The notes beneath the pieces were generated by a model, which made no database searches, had not been told where the DNA came from, and saw only the letters and a list, made by a program, of their open reading frames with translations. The position numbers and the translations under genes were made by a program. A DNA stretch of 64,000 bases from the human T2T-CHM13v2.0 reference genome, Homo sapiens, in NCBI RefSeq assembly GCF_009914755.1, contig NC_060931.1, one strand, 5' to 3'. Below are positions 1 through 19,018 of the stretch, in pieces (position 1 is the first letter of the stretch; each line of letters begins with the position of its first letter).

Positions 1-113
1 CAGGGTGTTTGGAAGTCCTGACACCCTCCTGATCTTCTCTGTAACATGCACACTTTGGCCTGTGTCAGTTTGCTGGAACCACATCAAGCCGGCCCTCTTC
101 CTGGGACAAAATT

Positions 114-138
114 CTTTCTTTTTCTCTTTTTCTCTTTT

Positions 139-186
<48 letters not shown>

Positions 187-432
187 TTTTCTTTCTTTCT
201 TTTTCTCTCTCTTTCTCTTTCTCTCTTTTTTCTTTTTCTCTCTCTCTCTTTCTTTCTCTTTCTCTCTTTCTTTCATTTTTCTTTCTTCCCCTTCCTTCCT
301 TTCCTTCTTTCCTTCCCTTCCTTCCTTCCTTCCCTTCCATCCTTCCTTCTTTCTTTCTTTCCTTCCTTCCTTCCTTCCTTCCTTCCTTCCTTCCTTCCTT
401 CCTTCCTTCCTTCCTTCCTTCCTTCCTTCCTC
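114..432. repeat. (CTTT)n/(CCTT)n pyrimidine microsatellite, expanded tail of the adjacent antisense Alu
   Basis: Runs of ttctttct and ccttcctt directly abut an antisense Alu starting at ~445. Confidence 0.95.
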
Positions 433-1074
433 TCACTCCAGTGTCCAGGCTGAAGTGCAGTGCACTGAACATGGCTCACTGCAGCCTTCACCTCTTCAGC
501 TCAAGTGATCCTCCAAACTCAGCCTCCCAGTAGCTGGGACTACAGATGCATGCCACCATGCCCAGCTAATTTGTGTATTTTTTGTAGTAACAGGATTTCA
601 CCACATTGCCTAGTCCGGTCTCAAACTCCTGGCCTAAAGTGAGCCTTACACCTTGGCCTCCCAAAGTGCTGGGATTACAGGCATGAGCCACCGCACCTGC
701 CCAGGAACAGAATATTGACCGCCATTTTAAAAGAATTCAAGAAGTTTGCTTGAATTCATGATCAAGCAGCTCACCAGCTGGGAATAATATAATGCCAATT
801 CTTAGAGTAATGGCTAAATAAATCAGGATATAGCCATAGAACAGAATATGATGTAGAAAGCGAGGATGAAGTATTTCTTTATTTCTTCTTAAGAAAATAA
901 CTCTAAGCATAACATTGAGAAAGAATGAGGTATTCCTTTATTTCCTATTAAAGAAAGAACTCTAATCATAACTTTGAGTGATAAAAGCAGGTCGTATGCT
1001 ATAATAACATTTAAATAATGCACACAAAATATAGCATATTTTAATTATATAGGAATGTTTATATGCATTCCATA

Positions 1075-1430
1075 TTGCGACAGTTAATTTTAAATACCGC
1101 ATGGCTAGGCATGGCCGAAGAGTATCTTAGATGTTTTTGTAAAGGTATTATTTAGGTAAGATTAACATTTAGATCAGTGTACTTTGAATAAAACAGATTA
1201 CTCTCCATAGCGGGATGGGCCTCACTTAATCAGTTGAAGGCCTTAAAAGAAATAAGGCTGACCTCCCCCAAGGAAGAAGGAATTACGCCTCCAGGCTTTC
1301 TTTGGACTCAGGGTGCAACATCACTTCTTCCCTGGGTCTCCACACTGATGGCTGGAGTTACCCTGTCTGCATATTTTGGACTTGCCAGCTTCCACAATTG
1401 TGTGACCCAATTCCTTATAATAAATCTCTC
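1075..1430 (+). mobile_element. MLT2-family (ERVL) LTR fragment
   Basis: gattaacatttagatcagt...gggcctcacttaatcagttgaaggcct...ttttggacttgccagcttccacaattgtgtgacccaattccttataataaatctctc resembles the MLT2 consensus, followed by the typical CT/TA tract. Confidence 0.75.
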
Positions 1431-1445
1431 TTCTCTCTCTTTCTG

Positions 1446-1483
<38 letters not shown>

Positions 1484-2048
1484 CACACACACATAAATAT
1501 ATATAGATATATACACTTATGTATATATACATAAACCTATGTATACATACCTATTCCTTACCAATTCCTTACAATAAATCTCTATTCTCTCTCTTTCATT
1601 TTCTCTCTCTCTCTCTATATATATATGCATACACGTGTATAGATATATACGTGTATGTATATATACATAAATATATGTATACATAGATATGTGTACATAG
1701 ATATGTATGTGTACATAGATATGTGTATATAGATATATATTTGCACATATGTATATGCACACGTATCTATGCATACCTACATATATTTATGTACACATAT
1801 GCATGTGTATGTACACATATATGTATATATGCATATATACACAGATGCATGTACACATATATGTATATATGCATATATACACAGATGCATGTATACATGT
1901 GTACATATACATGCATATACACATGTATACATGTGTACATCATATATACACACATATACATATATGTGTATATATATGCACACACATATATATACACACA
2001 CACACACATGCAAATGCTCACCCATGCACCTGCTCATACACACACACT
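1427..2048. repeat. Compound (CT)n/(TA)n/(TATG/CATA)n/(CA)n low-complexity tract
   Basis: Directly visible. Gives rise to the Y/I/H/C-rich spurious ORFs. Confidence 0.95.
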
Positions 2049-2704
2049 TCTGGAATTGGAAGGAAGGACAGTAGGGACAGGGACATTTTAGACTTATCTG
2101 AATTGTTTTCATTTTTTAACAAAGAAAACTTATGCAAGCATTAATTTTGCAATTAAAAGGCATTCAAACATTTTGCTGCAGGCACTGACCAATATCCCCT
2201 GTGAAATATCACTAATGTCATGTTACTTACCCCTGTTAATGTTACAAAATTACACTATTTCTGTTTTCTGCTTTCCTAGTTTCCTGTTGCACCGTTTTTG
2301 ATCTCTGCATGGTTTCACTGTCATCTAGCTTTTTGAAAAACTCATTTTGTTTGCTCTCCTTCCAGGTCCTGGCTTCCTGTCCTGGCCATCCAATCATATC
2401 CACCGCAAACAGGCCTTGTTTCTCTTTGTCACTGCAGGCCAGCTCTGAACCGTCTATTTTCTTCCACTGACATAGAAAGATGAGATGCGTCAGCGCCCTT
2501 GCAAACATGAAAGCCTAGCCAGTGAAGTGCTGAGTGCTGGAAGCTTTGCCTGGGCATGAACAGGTAGAGAAACTGGAGATTCTGTATCAGATGAAGTGAC
2601 TCAAAGGGACAGAATGGCCATCTTTGGACAGTTTAAGAACTTTCATAAGGAAGAGGAATCAGAACTCACTTCATGTGGCGCATGGTGCCGAATCAACAAG
2701 ATAA

Positions 2705-2962
<258 letters not shown>

Positions 2963-3943
2963 TGACCTATATGCATATTTTATGTCCAAAGAAAAAAGGA
3001 CTATAAATAAATATGAGAGTCTTGTTATGTGTGCTGAAGTGTTTAGGGGTGAAATGTACTAATGCCGCAATTCATTTTGAAATGCCTCCAAATAGGATGG
3101 TTTGAGGGATGGATAGTTGAATAGATTTTATGATAAACTGAGCATAATGAAATGATAATTGTAGACTTCAGAGGTGGGTATGGTTGTTCACTGAAAAATT
3201 CTTTCAACTTTTCATTAAGTTTGAACATTTCTTATAAGTGTTAATTCATTTATTTTTTAGAGACAGGGTCTTGCTTTGTTTCCCGGGCTGGAGTGCAGTG
3301 ATGTGATCCTAGCTCACTGCAGCCTCCAACTCCTGGGCTCAAGGGACGCTCCCTTCTCAGCCTCCCAAGAAGCTGAAACTACAAGTGCACTTCACTGCAT
3401 TTGGCTAATTACCCAGGCTGGTCTCAAACTCTTGTCCTCAAGTGATCCTCCCACCTCGGCCTCCCAAAGTGTTAGGATTACAGGTGTAAGCCCCACACCC
3501 CAAACGTTTTTATAATGAAACACTGAAGAGAAATTCTGATGCTGAGACCCTGGACTTACATCTGTTAATGAGATCTTTCCTCAATTAAATATGCTGCCAT
3601 TGGAAACTGGTACATTTCTTCGTCAAGGGCAACAGTTTGTCAAGGGCAACATACACATATTCCTGGGAGAAGTGACACTGTGGGAGATTGTTGAGCTTTT
3701 TTACCCCTGAAAATGAACTTATCGGGGAATACGTTCATGATCTCTCCACAGGTTCTAATAATGAGGGGAGACCTGGGTTCTGCACCTGGCCTTGTTGTCG
3801 TGGTTACTGTTGCTTTCAGGCGATGGCACCTGTTCTCCAGGTGTGTCTGGACTTGTACTTGCTTTAGCCATATATGGCCACCAGTGGGCGCAGTTACCCC
3901 ACAGTTGCCTGGAGCATCCACACTCTTCAAACTCACAGCTTGA

Positions 3944-4609
<666 letters not shown>

Positions 4610-4980
4610 TGACCTTCAAAGGACAGAGACTCTGTTCAGGACCCCAATTCCGCTGGCACCGTCTGGTGCAGGGAGTCTTTTTTTTCTCCTATACCCCACA
4701 TACTGCAGAATCTAAAGTAGGGTCTGTATCCTCCATGCTTCCTGTGGTTGCGTCCAAGACATTTCTCTTCCAAAGGCAGCAGAGTCACCTGCTGTCCCTC
4801 TCGGTGACTGCTGTCTGCTGGTCTTCCGCTTACACCTCCTCATCCACTGAGGACTTGGGCTGTCAGTTGACAGTGTTCTCCATCATTCTTGTCATCTCGT
4901 TAGAGGGGTTGCTGCCTGGCAACCCGTCTACATTCCCCAGGAGGTTTGCAACAGTGATTTCATACAAGACGTTGGCATTG

Positions 4981-5094
4981 TCACCCACGTGGACATGCCA
5001 GGCTACTCCCTGAGGGCGTCATCACCCACGTGGACAGGCCAGGCTACTCCCTGAGGGTGACGTCACCCACGTGGACAGGCCAGGCTACTCCCTG
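4981..5094. repeat. 41-bp tandem repeat, ~2.8 copies
   Basis: tcacccacgtggaca(t/g)gccaggctactccctg starts at 4981, 5022 and 5063. Confidence 0.92.
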
Positions 5095-5423
5095 TCTCTC
5101 TGGGCACCAGGACTGCTGCAGCTCCAGTGACCTTTTCGAGTGTGCCTCTCAGCCACTTCTCCCTGCCTGTGGTCACACCTGGGACCCTCCATCACCCAGA
5201 AAGGAGACTTCAGACAGTTCCCCACTGACCTCTCCTCTCTCGTTCCAGAACTCTCCATTTGGCCTCATCACCTCACTGTCACTCTCTATGTGTCCACTGC
5301 CTTCCTTAATCATCGTTCATAATTAAAATCAACTCCTGCAGGGCGAGGTGGTTCACGCCTGTAATCCCAGCACTTTGGGAGGCCGAAGTGGACGGATCAC
5401 TTGAGGTCAGGAGTTTGAGATCA

Positions 5424-5696
<273 letters not shown>

Positions 5697-5759
5697 CTAG
5701 ATGTCTTGCGTCTGCACCTGGACAGCCAAGCATCACTGGGAAAGCACACACTCAGCTGA

Positions 5760-5960
<201 letters not shown>

Positions 5961-5963
5961 TAA

Positions 5964-6292
<329 letters not shown>

Positions 6293-6774
6293 TGATCCAC
6301 CTACCTCGGCCTCTCAAAGTGCTGGGATTACAGGAGTAAGCCACTGAGCTCGGCCTGGCCAGACTTTCACTTTAAATTCACAGATTTCAAGTGGGCTGCC
6401 TGGCAACCCCTTTACATTCCCCCAGGAGGTTTGCAACAGTGATTTCATACTTCCTCTCTCTCTCCTCAAACCTCCTGTGCTTCCTTCCCTCCCTCTCTTC
6501 TGCTCAGCTGATGCTCACTTCTCTAACGTTATTAGAAGCCATCAGAATGAATACTCTTTTTTTTTTCTCTTTTTTGAGACAAAGTCTTGCTCTGTCACCC
6601 AGGCTGGAGTGCAGTGGTGCAATCTCCCTCCAAGCTCCGCCTCCTGGGTTCACGCCATTCTCCTGCCTCAGCCTCCCTAGTAGCTGGAACTACAGGCGCC
6701 CGCCACCATGCCCGGCTAATTTTTTGTATTTTTAGTAGAGACGGGGTTTCACTGTGTTAGCCAGGATGGTCTCA

Positions 6775-6963
<189 letters not shown>

Positions 6964-7193
6964 CTAGCACTTTGGGCGGCTGAGGTGAGAGGACTGCTTG
7001 AGGCCAAGGGCTTGAGACCAGCCTGGGCAACATAGTGAGACTCTATCTCTACAAAAAGTTTAAAAATTAGCAAGGGTCTGGGTGCGGTGGCTCCCGCCTG
7101 TAATCCTAGCACTTTGAGAGGCTGATGCAGGCGGATCACCTGAGGTCAGGAGTTCAAGACCAGCCTGGCCAACATGGTGAATCCCTGTCTCTA

Positions 7194-7424
<231 letters not shown>

Positions 7425-7885
7425 TCAGGAGGAGCTGGGAGGATCGCTTGAGCCCAGGAGTTCAAGGCTGCAGTGAGCTGTGATTGGGTCACTGCACACC
7501 AGCCTGGGCGATGGAGTGAGACCTTATCTCTTAAAAAAAAAAAAAAAAAAAAGAATTATCCTTTTGATTGATGAAGCCGCGGACCACCCTGAGCTGTGCT
7601 TCCTATTCCTTCTGGCTTTCCCAAGCTTTTCTTGTCCACCGGAAGCTTTCACTAGAAGGTAGAGGACTGGCTCTGTAGTTGGGAACTACAGTTGGGAACA
7701 TTCAAGAATATTCTATTAACATATTTACATTTTTTAAATATTTGGTTTTAAGAATATCAGCCCCCTTGGCCAGGCACAGTGGCTCACGCCTGTAATCCTA
7801 GCACTTTGGGAGACTGCGGTGGGCGGATCACCTGAGGTCAGGAGTTCAACGCCAGCCTGACGAACATGGTGAAACCCTGAATCTA

Positions 7886-8138
<253 letters not shown>

Positions 8139-8241
8139 CTATGGACCAGAGAGGGGACAGGAGGCTTCCCCAAGGGCAGCTATAGTTCAGTAATCCGTTA
8201 ACAAAATTCTCCCTTCTAAAGTCTCCACCATTTTTTTTTAA

Positions 8242-8598
<357 letters not shown>

Positions 8599-9134
8599 TA
8601 GTCAGGCTGATCTTGAACTCCTGACCTCAAGATCCACTCATCTCGGCCTCCCAAAGTGCTGGGATTGCAAGCATGAGCCACCACGCCAGGCCTTATATGT
8701 GTTTTTCTAAATGCACTTAGAAATCAATGGGTAGGGCTTGGCTGCTTTAGGAAACCGTTCCAGAACTCTACTCTGCCCATAGACCCAGAAAAACACAAAT
8801 GAGGACAAACAAGGAAAGCTTAGGTTTTCCCTGGAGAAACAGGAAAGGTAGAAACAGACAGGACCAGACAACCGGCCAGACAAGACCACGTGTAAGTGCC
8901 AAAAGAACCACACAGGCCACGCCTTTAATTCCAGCACTTTGGGAGGCCAAGGTAGAAAATCACTTGAGGCCAGGAGCTTGAGGACAGTTTGAGAACAGCT
9001 TGGGCAATATAGCAAGACCCCATCTCTACAAAAAATTTTTTAAAGTCTGGGTATAGTGGCTCGTACCTATAATGCCAACACTTTGGGAGGCTGAGGTGGA
9101 AAATTGATCACTTGAGCCCACAAGTTCAAGATCA

Positions 9135-9323
<189 letters not shown>

Positions 9324-10007
9324 TCAAGACAAAAATGTTTTTTTAATTAGCTGGGCATGGTGGCATGCCAAGAGCAGAAATTTGTCAGGGTATTAAGTTG
9401 AAACAATAACAGTCCTTTAAAGCTTTTATATGCTTAAAAAAAATGACCTTATGCCCCCACCCACTCCATTCTCTCCTGGTTTAACTGCTGCTTATGTTTT
9501 ATTTTTATTTTTTTGTTGAGACAGGGTCTCGCTCTGTCGCCCAGGCAGGAGTGCAGTGGCACGATGATAGCTCAATGCAGCCTGGAACTCCTGGGCTCAA
9601 GCAGACCATCTGTTTCTGGTCAAAAAAGGAAAAAAAAAAATCGTTTGTTTCTGGTCAGAAGTCAGGTAGCTCAGTCCTTCATGAAGAGGAATGCCTTGCA
9701 TGAGCTAGATTACTCAAAGGGTCCCAGTATAAAAGATACCCCCTCCCACCTCTTAGAAACCTTCAAATGCTAGAAAGAATGTTCCAAAAGGCCGGCTGTG
9801 ACTAGGAGCTGAATAGAGGCTGCTCCCTCTGAAAAATAACATCATGTCAAGCTGGGCAAATCTGAGAGCTATGAACCTTCCTAAATGTCAAAATTGCTAA
9901 GGTATTTTTAAAACTCAGAGACTTATATTAACAACTGAGAAGAGAAAGCGGTGGAAAACATGAAGAAATCACACTTTTGTTAGGTGTTGAATTACTGGAG
10001 ACGTATG

Positions 10008-10176
10008 TGTGTCATGAATTGCGTCTCCCAAATTTGTATGTTAAAGTCCTAACCTCCAGGACCTTAGAATGTGACTATATTTAGAGATAGGGTCTTTAAA
10101 GAAGTTAAGTTAGAATGAGGTCATTGGGGTGGGCCCCAACCCAATCTGACTGGTGTCCTTATAAGAAGGGGAGATG
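10008..10176 (+). mobile_element. MLT1 (MaLR) LTR 5' fragment, truncated by an Alu
   Basis: tgaattgcgtctccccaaatttgtatgttaaagtcctaacc...gagatagggtctttaaaga...ccaatctgactggtgtccttataagaagggga matches the MLT1A/B pattern. Confidence 0.8.
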
Positions 10177-10959
10177 GGGCCATGCATGGTGGCTCATGCC
10201 TGTAATCCCAGCAATTTGAGAGGCCAAGGCAGGCAGATCACCTGAGGTCGGGAGTTCGAGACCAGCCTAACATGGAGAAACCCCGTCTCTACTAAAAATA
10301 CAAAATTAGCCGGGTGTCCTGGCGCATGCCTGTAATCCCAGCTACTTGGGAGGCTGAGGCAGGAGAATCGCTTGAACCCGGGAGGTGGAGATCATGCCAT
10401 TGCACTCCAGCCTGGGCAACAAGAGTGAAACTCCATCTCAAAAAAAAAGTCAGCTAGCTCATGTCTTTTTATTTTTATTTTTGAGACAGGGTCTTGTTCT
10501 GTTGATCAGTTTGGAGGGCAGTGGTACAATCATAGTTTACTGCAGCCTTGACCTCCTGGGTTCAAGGGATCCTCCCATCTCAGCCTCCAGAGTAGCTGGG
10601 TCCACAGGCATGCACCACCATGCCTGGCTAATTTTTATATTTTTTGTAGAGATGGGGTCTCTTCATGTTTCCTAGGCTGGTCTCCAGCTCCTGGCCTCAA
10701 ACAATCCTCCTGCCTCAGCCTCCCAAATTGCTGGGATTACAGGCATGAGCCACCACGCCCAGCCTCTTTTTATAATGTACTGAAACACTCTTTCAAAGTA
10801 CTGGTGAGTGCACAATACAATTTTCCTTTAGGTTCAGTTTTTCTATCCCAGAACTTGCTGAATCTGAATCCCAGCCTTGTGCATTCCTGTACTCTGTTTC
10901 TGCCATTCACTCTGAGTGTGGGATGCAGAAACAGCTTTTTAGATACTGGTGCTTAATTA

Positions 10960-11268
<309 letters not shown>

Positions 11269-12302
11269 TCAAAAAAAAAAAAAAGAAAGAAAAAAGAAAA
11301 AGGTATTTGCACATTTCTGATCACAGAGGCCCTGAAGATGGGTCTGCTGGCCTTTTACTCTTCTCAGAAACCTGCTTGGTGTTTGGGAGGAGGGTTGAGA
11401 AGGGGGCAAGAGCTGACTTTCCTCGCCCTGCAACTGCACGCGGGGGTGGCTGTTCTGTGTTCAGTGACGCGCTAAACTCCAGACCTGTGAGCCCTCACAT
11501 GTTTTCCTCCCTTTCTCTGGCCGGGCGCCGGTTGGCCCACATGCCCTTAGCTTTCAGAACATCCAGCTCTGCCAACCTTGCAGGAAGGTCTGGGGGTAGG
11601 GGGTTCGGGGAAGAATCTTTATTGGGGCCATACACACTGCAGCCTCATAGGATGGGTGGGGCAGGAGCCAGGGCCCAGTTGACCCTGATGAAAAGCTTAA
11701 TAGAGATACGTAGCCCAGCTCTGGCCGGGCACAGTGGCTCTCATGCCTGTAATCCCAGCACTTTGGGAGGCTGAGGCGGGTGGATCACTTGAGCCCAGAA
11801 ATACTAGACTAGCCTAGGCAACATGACAAGACACCCCTCTTTATTTTATTATTTTTTATTTATTTACTTTTTTGAGACAAAGTTTCGCTCGTTTCGCAGA
11901 CTGGAGTGCAACCGCACGATCTCGGCTCACTGCAACCGCCTCCTGAATTCAAGCGATTCTCCTGCCGCAGCCTCCTGAGTAGCTGGGATTATAGGCATGT
12001 GGCACCATGCCCAGCTAATTTTTGTATTTTTAGTAGAAATGGGGTTTCACCATGTTGTCCAGGCTGGTCTGGAACTCCTGACCTTAGGTGATTCACCCGC
12101 CTCGGCCCCCCAAAGTGCTGAGATTACCGGCGTAAGCCAGGGTGCCTGGCCAATGCCCCTCTTTATAAAAAAATATATAAAATTTGCAGGGTGTGGTGGC
12201 TCTTGCCTGTAATCCCAGCACTTTGGAGGCTGAGGTGGGCGGATCACAAGATCAGGAGACCGAGAGCATCCTGGCTAACATGGTGAAACCCCATCTCTAC
12301 TA

Positions 12303-12815
<513 letters not shown>

Positions 12816-13384
12816 TTATTCAGTTAGCCTCTCACCGGAGCTTAGCGGAGGGGTCTTCAACTCTAGACTACAAGTTAAGGCAAAGTTTTCAGAATTGAGT
12901 TTTTTTCTGTTTTTGTTTTTTTGTTTGTTTTTGAGACAGGATCTTGCTGTGTTCCCGAGGCTGGAGTGCAGTGTTGCAATCATAGATCACTGCAGCCTGG
13001 AACTCCTGGGCTCATGTGATCCTCCCATCTCAGCCTCCCAAGTACCTGGGATTACAGTAGAGATGCACCACCATGCCCAGCTAATTTTTAAATTTTTTTG
13101 TAGAGACAGGGTCTTGCTATTTGCCCAGGCTGGTCTCAAACTCTTGGGCTCAAGCAATCCTTTCTCCTTGGCCTCCCACAATGTTGAGATTACAGGTGCG
13201 AGCCACCATGCCCACCCAGAGTGATCTTTTTCTTTTTGAGATGGAGTTTCACTCTTGTCATCCAGGTTGGAGTGCAGTGGTGCAGTGGTGCAGTGGCATG
13301 ATCTCAGCTCACTGCAACCTCCACCTCCTGGGTTCAAGTGATTCTCGGGATTACAGGTGTGAGCCACCGTGCCTAGAGTCCATA

Positions 13385-13457
13385 TTTTGGAATATTTTCG
13401 ATCTGTGGTTGGCTGAATCCATGGATGGGGAACCTGCAGTTATAAGGGTCAACTGTA
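13385..13457 (+). mobile_element. MER2/Tigger-type DNA transposon terminal fragment
   Basis: tattttcgatctgtggttggctgaatccatggatggggaacctgcag...caactgta resembles the MER2 terminus, ending ctg+TA. Confidence 0.6.
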
Positions 13458-13893
13458 CTGGCCTCGTCAGTCTGGAAGTGCCCCTTCTTCTGTTTTCTGG
13501 AGATTATGTGTAATTGGTGTTGCTATTTCTTTAGCTATGAGCAGACTTCTCCAGTGAAACTATCTGGGTCTGGAGATACCTTTTTCAAGAGTGGGAGGAA
13601 AGAGTTAACACAACAGGTCTGATTCACTCATTTCTCACTTATTTCTGTAGCCAAAGCGTGGCCATTGGTCAAACTCTGAAAACCAAACTCCTGGAATATT
13701 CACATAGCTACCAGGTCAGATGTTATTCTCCACGTCCAAAACAGTGAGCCCAGATGAACCAGGCTGTCAGCAGGTTTAAAGTAAACATACAGATTCATGA
13801 TGCTTGGCCAGGCACAGTGGCTCACGCCTGTAATCCCAGAATTTGGCGAGGCCAAGGCAGGCGGAATCGCTTGAGGTCAGGAGTTCAAGATCA

Positions 13894-14115
<222 letters not shown>

Positions 14116-14199
14116 CTATGATCATGCCACTGCACTCCAGCCTAGGCAACATAGTAAGACCCCATTTTTGAAAAAAAAAAAAGAATAAAAGATTCATGA

Positions 14200-14391
<192 letters not shown>

Positions 14392-14526
14392 TAGTAGAGA
14401 TGGGGTTTTACCATGTTGGCCAGGCTGCTCTTGACCTCCTGACCGCAGGTGATCCGCCCCCGTCAGCCTCCCAAAGTGCTAGGATTACAGCCATGAGCCA
14501 GATGGAGTCTTGCTCTTGTCTCCTAG

Positions 14527-14691
<165 letters not shown>

Positions 14692-14929
14692 TAGGCTGGT
14701 CTTGAACTCCTGACCTCAGGTGATCCGCCCGCCTTGGTCTCCCAAAGTGCTGGGATGACAGGCATGAGCCACCACGCCCAGCCTTTTTTTTTTTTTTTAA
14801 ATAAAGACGAGATCTCACCGTGCTGCCCAGGCTGGTCTCAAACTCCTGGACTCAAGCAATTCTCCCATCTCGGCCTCCCAAAGTGCTGGGATTACAGGGG
14901 TGAGCCACTGTGCCTGGCCTAACCACACA

Positions 14930-15185
14930 AATTTTGACTCCAGAACTCAAGTGGGATTTCCTGGGCAAGGACATCTCACACAAGTCCTTGCAGTTTGCTC
15001 CTGGAAAAGATAAGTCTGTGCTGTCCCTGCAGAGGATAAGTATGCATTTGACCTTCCAGCCTTCATCTATTAATATCCTTTTTCCTGCTGTCTTTGTATT
15101 GTATCCTCCACTGTAATAAACCTTCACCTAGAGTATAACTTGATCTAGAGTCACATGGGTCCTTCCAGGGAATCACCAAACTAGT
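14930..15185 (+). mobile_element. Old ERV LTR-like fragment
   Basis: LTR-type 3' portion with aataaacctt...gagtataact...gggtccttccagggaatcaccaaac. Subfamily uncertain. Confidence 0.45.
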
Positions 15186-15235
15186 TGTATGCCACCACGA
15201 AGACAAGAAATTATTTTATTAAAACTATGAATTCA

Positions 15236-15555
<320 letters not shown>

Positions 15556-15995
15556 CTAGTGGCTCATGCCTGTAATCTTAACACTTTGGGAGGCTGAGGC
15601 AGGTGGATTGCTTGAGCCCCAGTAGTTGAAGACCAGCCTGGGCAACTTGGCAAAACCCCGTCTCTACAAAAAATAAAAAACTAGCTGTGTGTGGTGGCGG
15701 GCGCCCATAGTCCTAACTACTCAGGAGGCTGAGGTGGGAGGATCACCTGAGCCCAGGAAGTCAAGGCTGCGGTGAGCCGTGATTGTGCCACTGCACTCCA
15801 GTATGGGTGACAGAGTGAGATGCAGTGTCACAATAAAATAAAATAAAAATAAAAAACCATGAGTTCAATTTTTAAAATTGTTACAAGATTTTAAAAATTA
15901 TGTTTCATATTGAGTGTTTTTTGGTAGTTTGTAGTTTTCAAGGAATTGGTCCATTTCATCCAACTTGTTGGATTTATATGGGTAGAGTTGCTTAG

Positions 15996-16314
<319 letters not shown>

Positions 16315-16661
16315 TGAGTAGCTGGCACTACAGGCACCCACAACCATGCCCAGCAAATTTTTTGTATTTTTAGTAGAGACAAGGTTTCACCGTGTTAGCC
16401 AGGATGGTCTCGATCTCCTGACCTTGTGATCTGCCCACCTCGGCCTCCCAAAGTGCTGGGAATACAGGCATGAGCCACCATGCCTGGCCTAATTTTTGTA
16501 TTTTTAGTAGAGACGGGGGTTTCACCATGTTGCCCAGGCTGGTCTTGAACCCCTTACCTCAGGTGATCCACCTGCCTCCGCCTCCCAAAGTGCCGGGATT
16601 ACAGGCATCAGCCACTACACCCGGCCTTGTTTTGTTGTTTTGTTTTGTTTTGAGGTTTTGA

Positions 16662-16850
<189 letters not shown>

Positions 16851-17313
16851 AATTTTTGTATTTTTTATAGAGATAGGGTCTTGCCATGTCACCCAGGCTG
16901 GTCGCAAACTCCTGAATTGAAGTGATTCGACCACCTCGGGCCTCCCAGAGTGCTGGGATTACAGGTATGAGCCACAACACCTAGCCTCAAATGGAAATTT
17001 TAAAACAAAAATACAATAACAAAAATTTAAAACTCACTAGATGGACTCAATTAACAATATGAAGGTGAGGAAGAGTCAGTAGACAAACATGGATTGATAG
17101 AAAGCACTCAAACTGGCCAGTCAAGGTGGCTCATGCCTGCAATCCCAGCACTTTGGGAGGCTGAGGTGGTGGATCATTTGAGGTCAGAGTTCAAGACCAG
17201 CCTGGCCAACACGGCAAAGCCCCGTCTCTACTAAAAATACAAAATTAGCCAGGCATGGTGGCACACGCCTGTAATCCCAGCTACTCAGGAGGCTGAGGCG
17301 GGAAATTGCTTCA

Positions 17314-17601
<288 letters not shown>

Positions 17602-18546
17602 TCAGGAGGCTGAGGCAGGAGAATCACTTGAACCTGGGAGGCGGAGGTTGCAGTGGAGCCGGGATCGTGTCACTGCACAACAGCTGAAATGACAGAGCAA
17701 GATTGCATCTCAGAAAAAAAAAAAAAGAAAAAAAAAGATCAATGGGATTACTTGGTGTGTTTCTGTTTCTTTCAGGGAAATTTATCAGAAGAAAGAGAAA
17801 GGATATTTCAGTTTTCTCTGAAAAGCTGATTTTGAAAAGAGCCCTATATCTGATACATAATTTCCCCATGATTCTCCAGAATTCTAAAAAGGGAAGCACA
17901 TTGTTAATGTTAAAAGTTTTTTTCCTAGGGCTATTTTTGGACTGGACAGAAAAGCAGAATAGTTTGTGTTTTGTGTGGACTTCAGAGTGCATTGAAGGCT
18001 GTAAAATAACCAATCTTGTTAAACATCTGTATCCAAAGTCACAGCATTCCAAGCATAGTATAACCCTTGTATATTACTAAAGACTACCCCATTGTTATGT
18101 TTTTGCCTTTTTTTTATAAACTGGCTTTACTGAGACATAATTTACGGACAATAAGTTCTACATATTTGAAATATCAAGTAGGTGACTTTTATCAAAGGTA
18201 TAAAACATTTTCACCTCCTTCATTCCCCTTTACAGTCAATCTCCCTTTCACTCCCCACTCCAGGCAACCACTCATCTGATGGCTCTCTCTATAGGTCAAC
18301 TTTGCCTGTTCTAGAATTTCATGTAATTAAAATCACGCAGTATGTGCCCTTTTGTGTTTAACACGTCTCACTGAGCAAAATGTGAGATTCACGCACACTG
18401 CATGCATCAGTAGGTTCCTTTTTATAGTTGAGTAGAGGTTTTGGTCTGAACATACCACAGTTTATTTATTCTCCTCTTGATTGACAAAAGGGTTGTTTAG
18501 GATTTTTTGGCTAAGTAAATCTCTTTTGAATGTTATTGGACTAGAA

Positions 18547-19018
<472 letters not shown>

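Noticed and set aside
2242-2508. 88-aa non-repeat ORF on the minus strand
   Set aside because: No recognisable homology or splice context, and length within chance expectation
7673-7691. Short palindrome ctgtagtt-ggg-aactacag resembling a ZNF143/THAP11 ACTACA motif
   Set aside because: An 8-bp stem is expected by chance, and the full motif and promoter context are absent
11420-11560. Small CpG-containing patch as a promoter or first exon
   Set aside because: Too short and weak for a CpG island, with no linked exon structure that I can support
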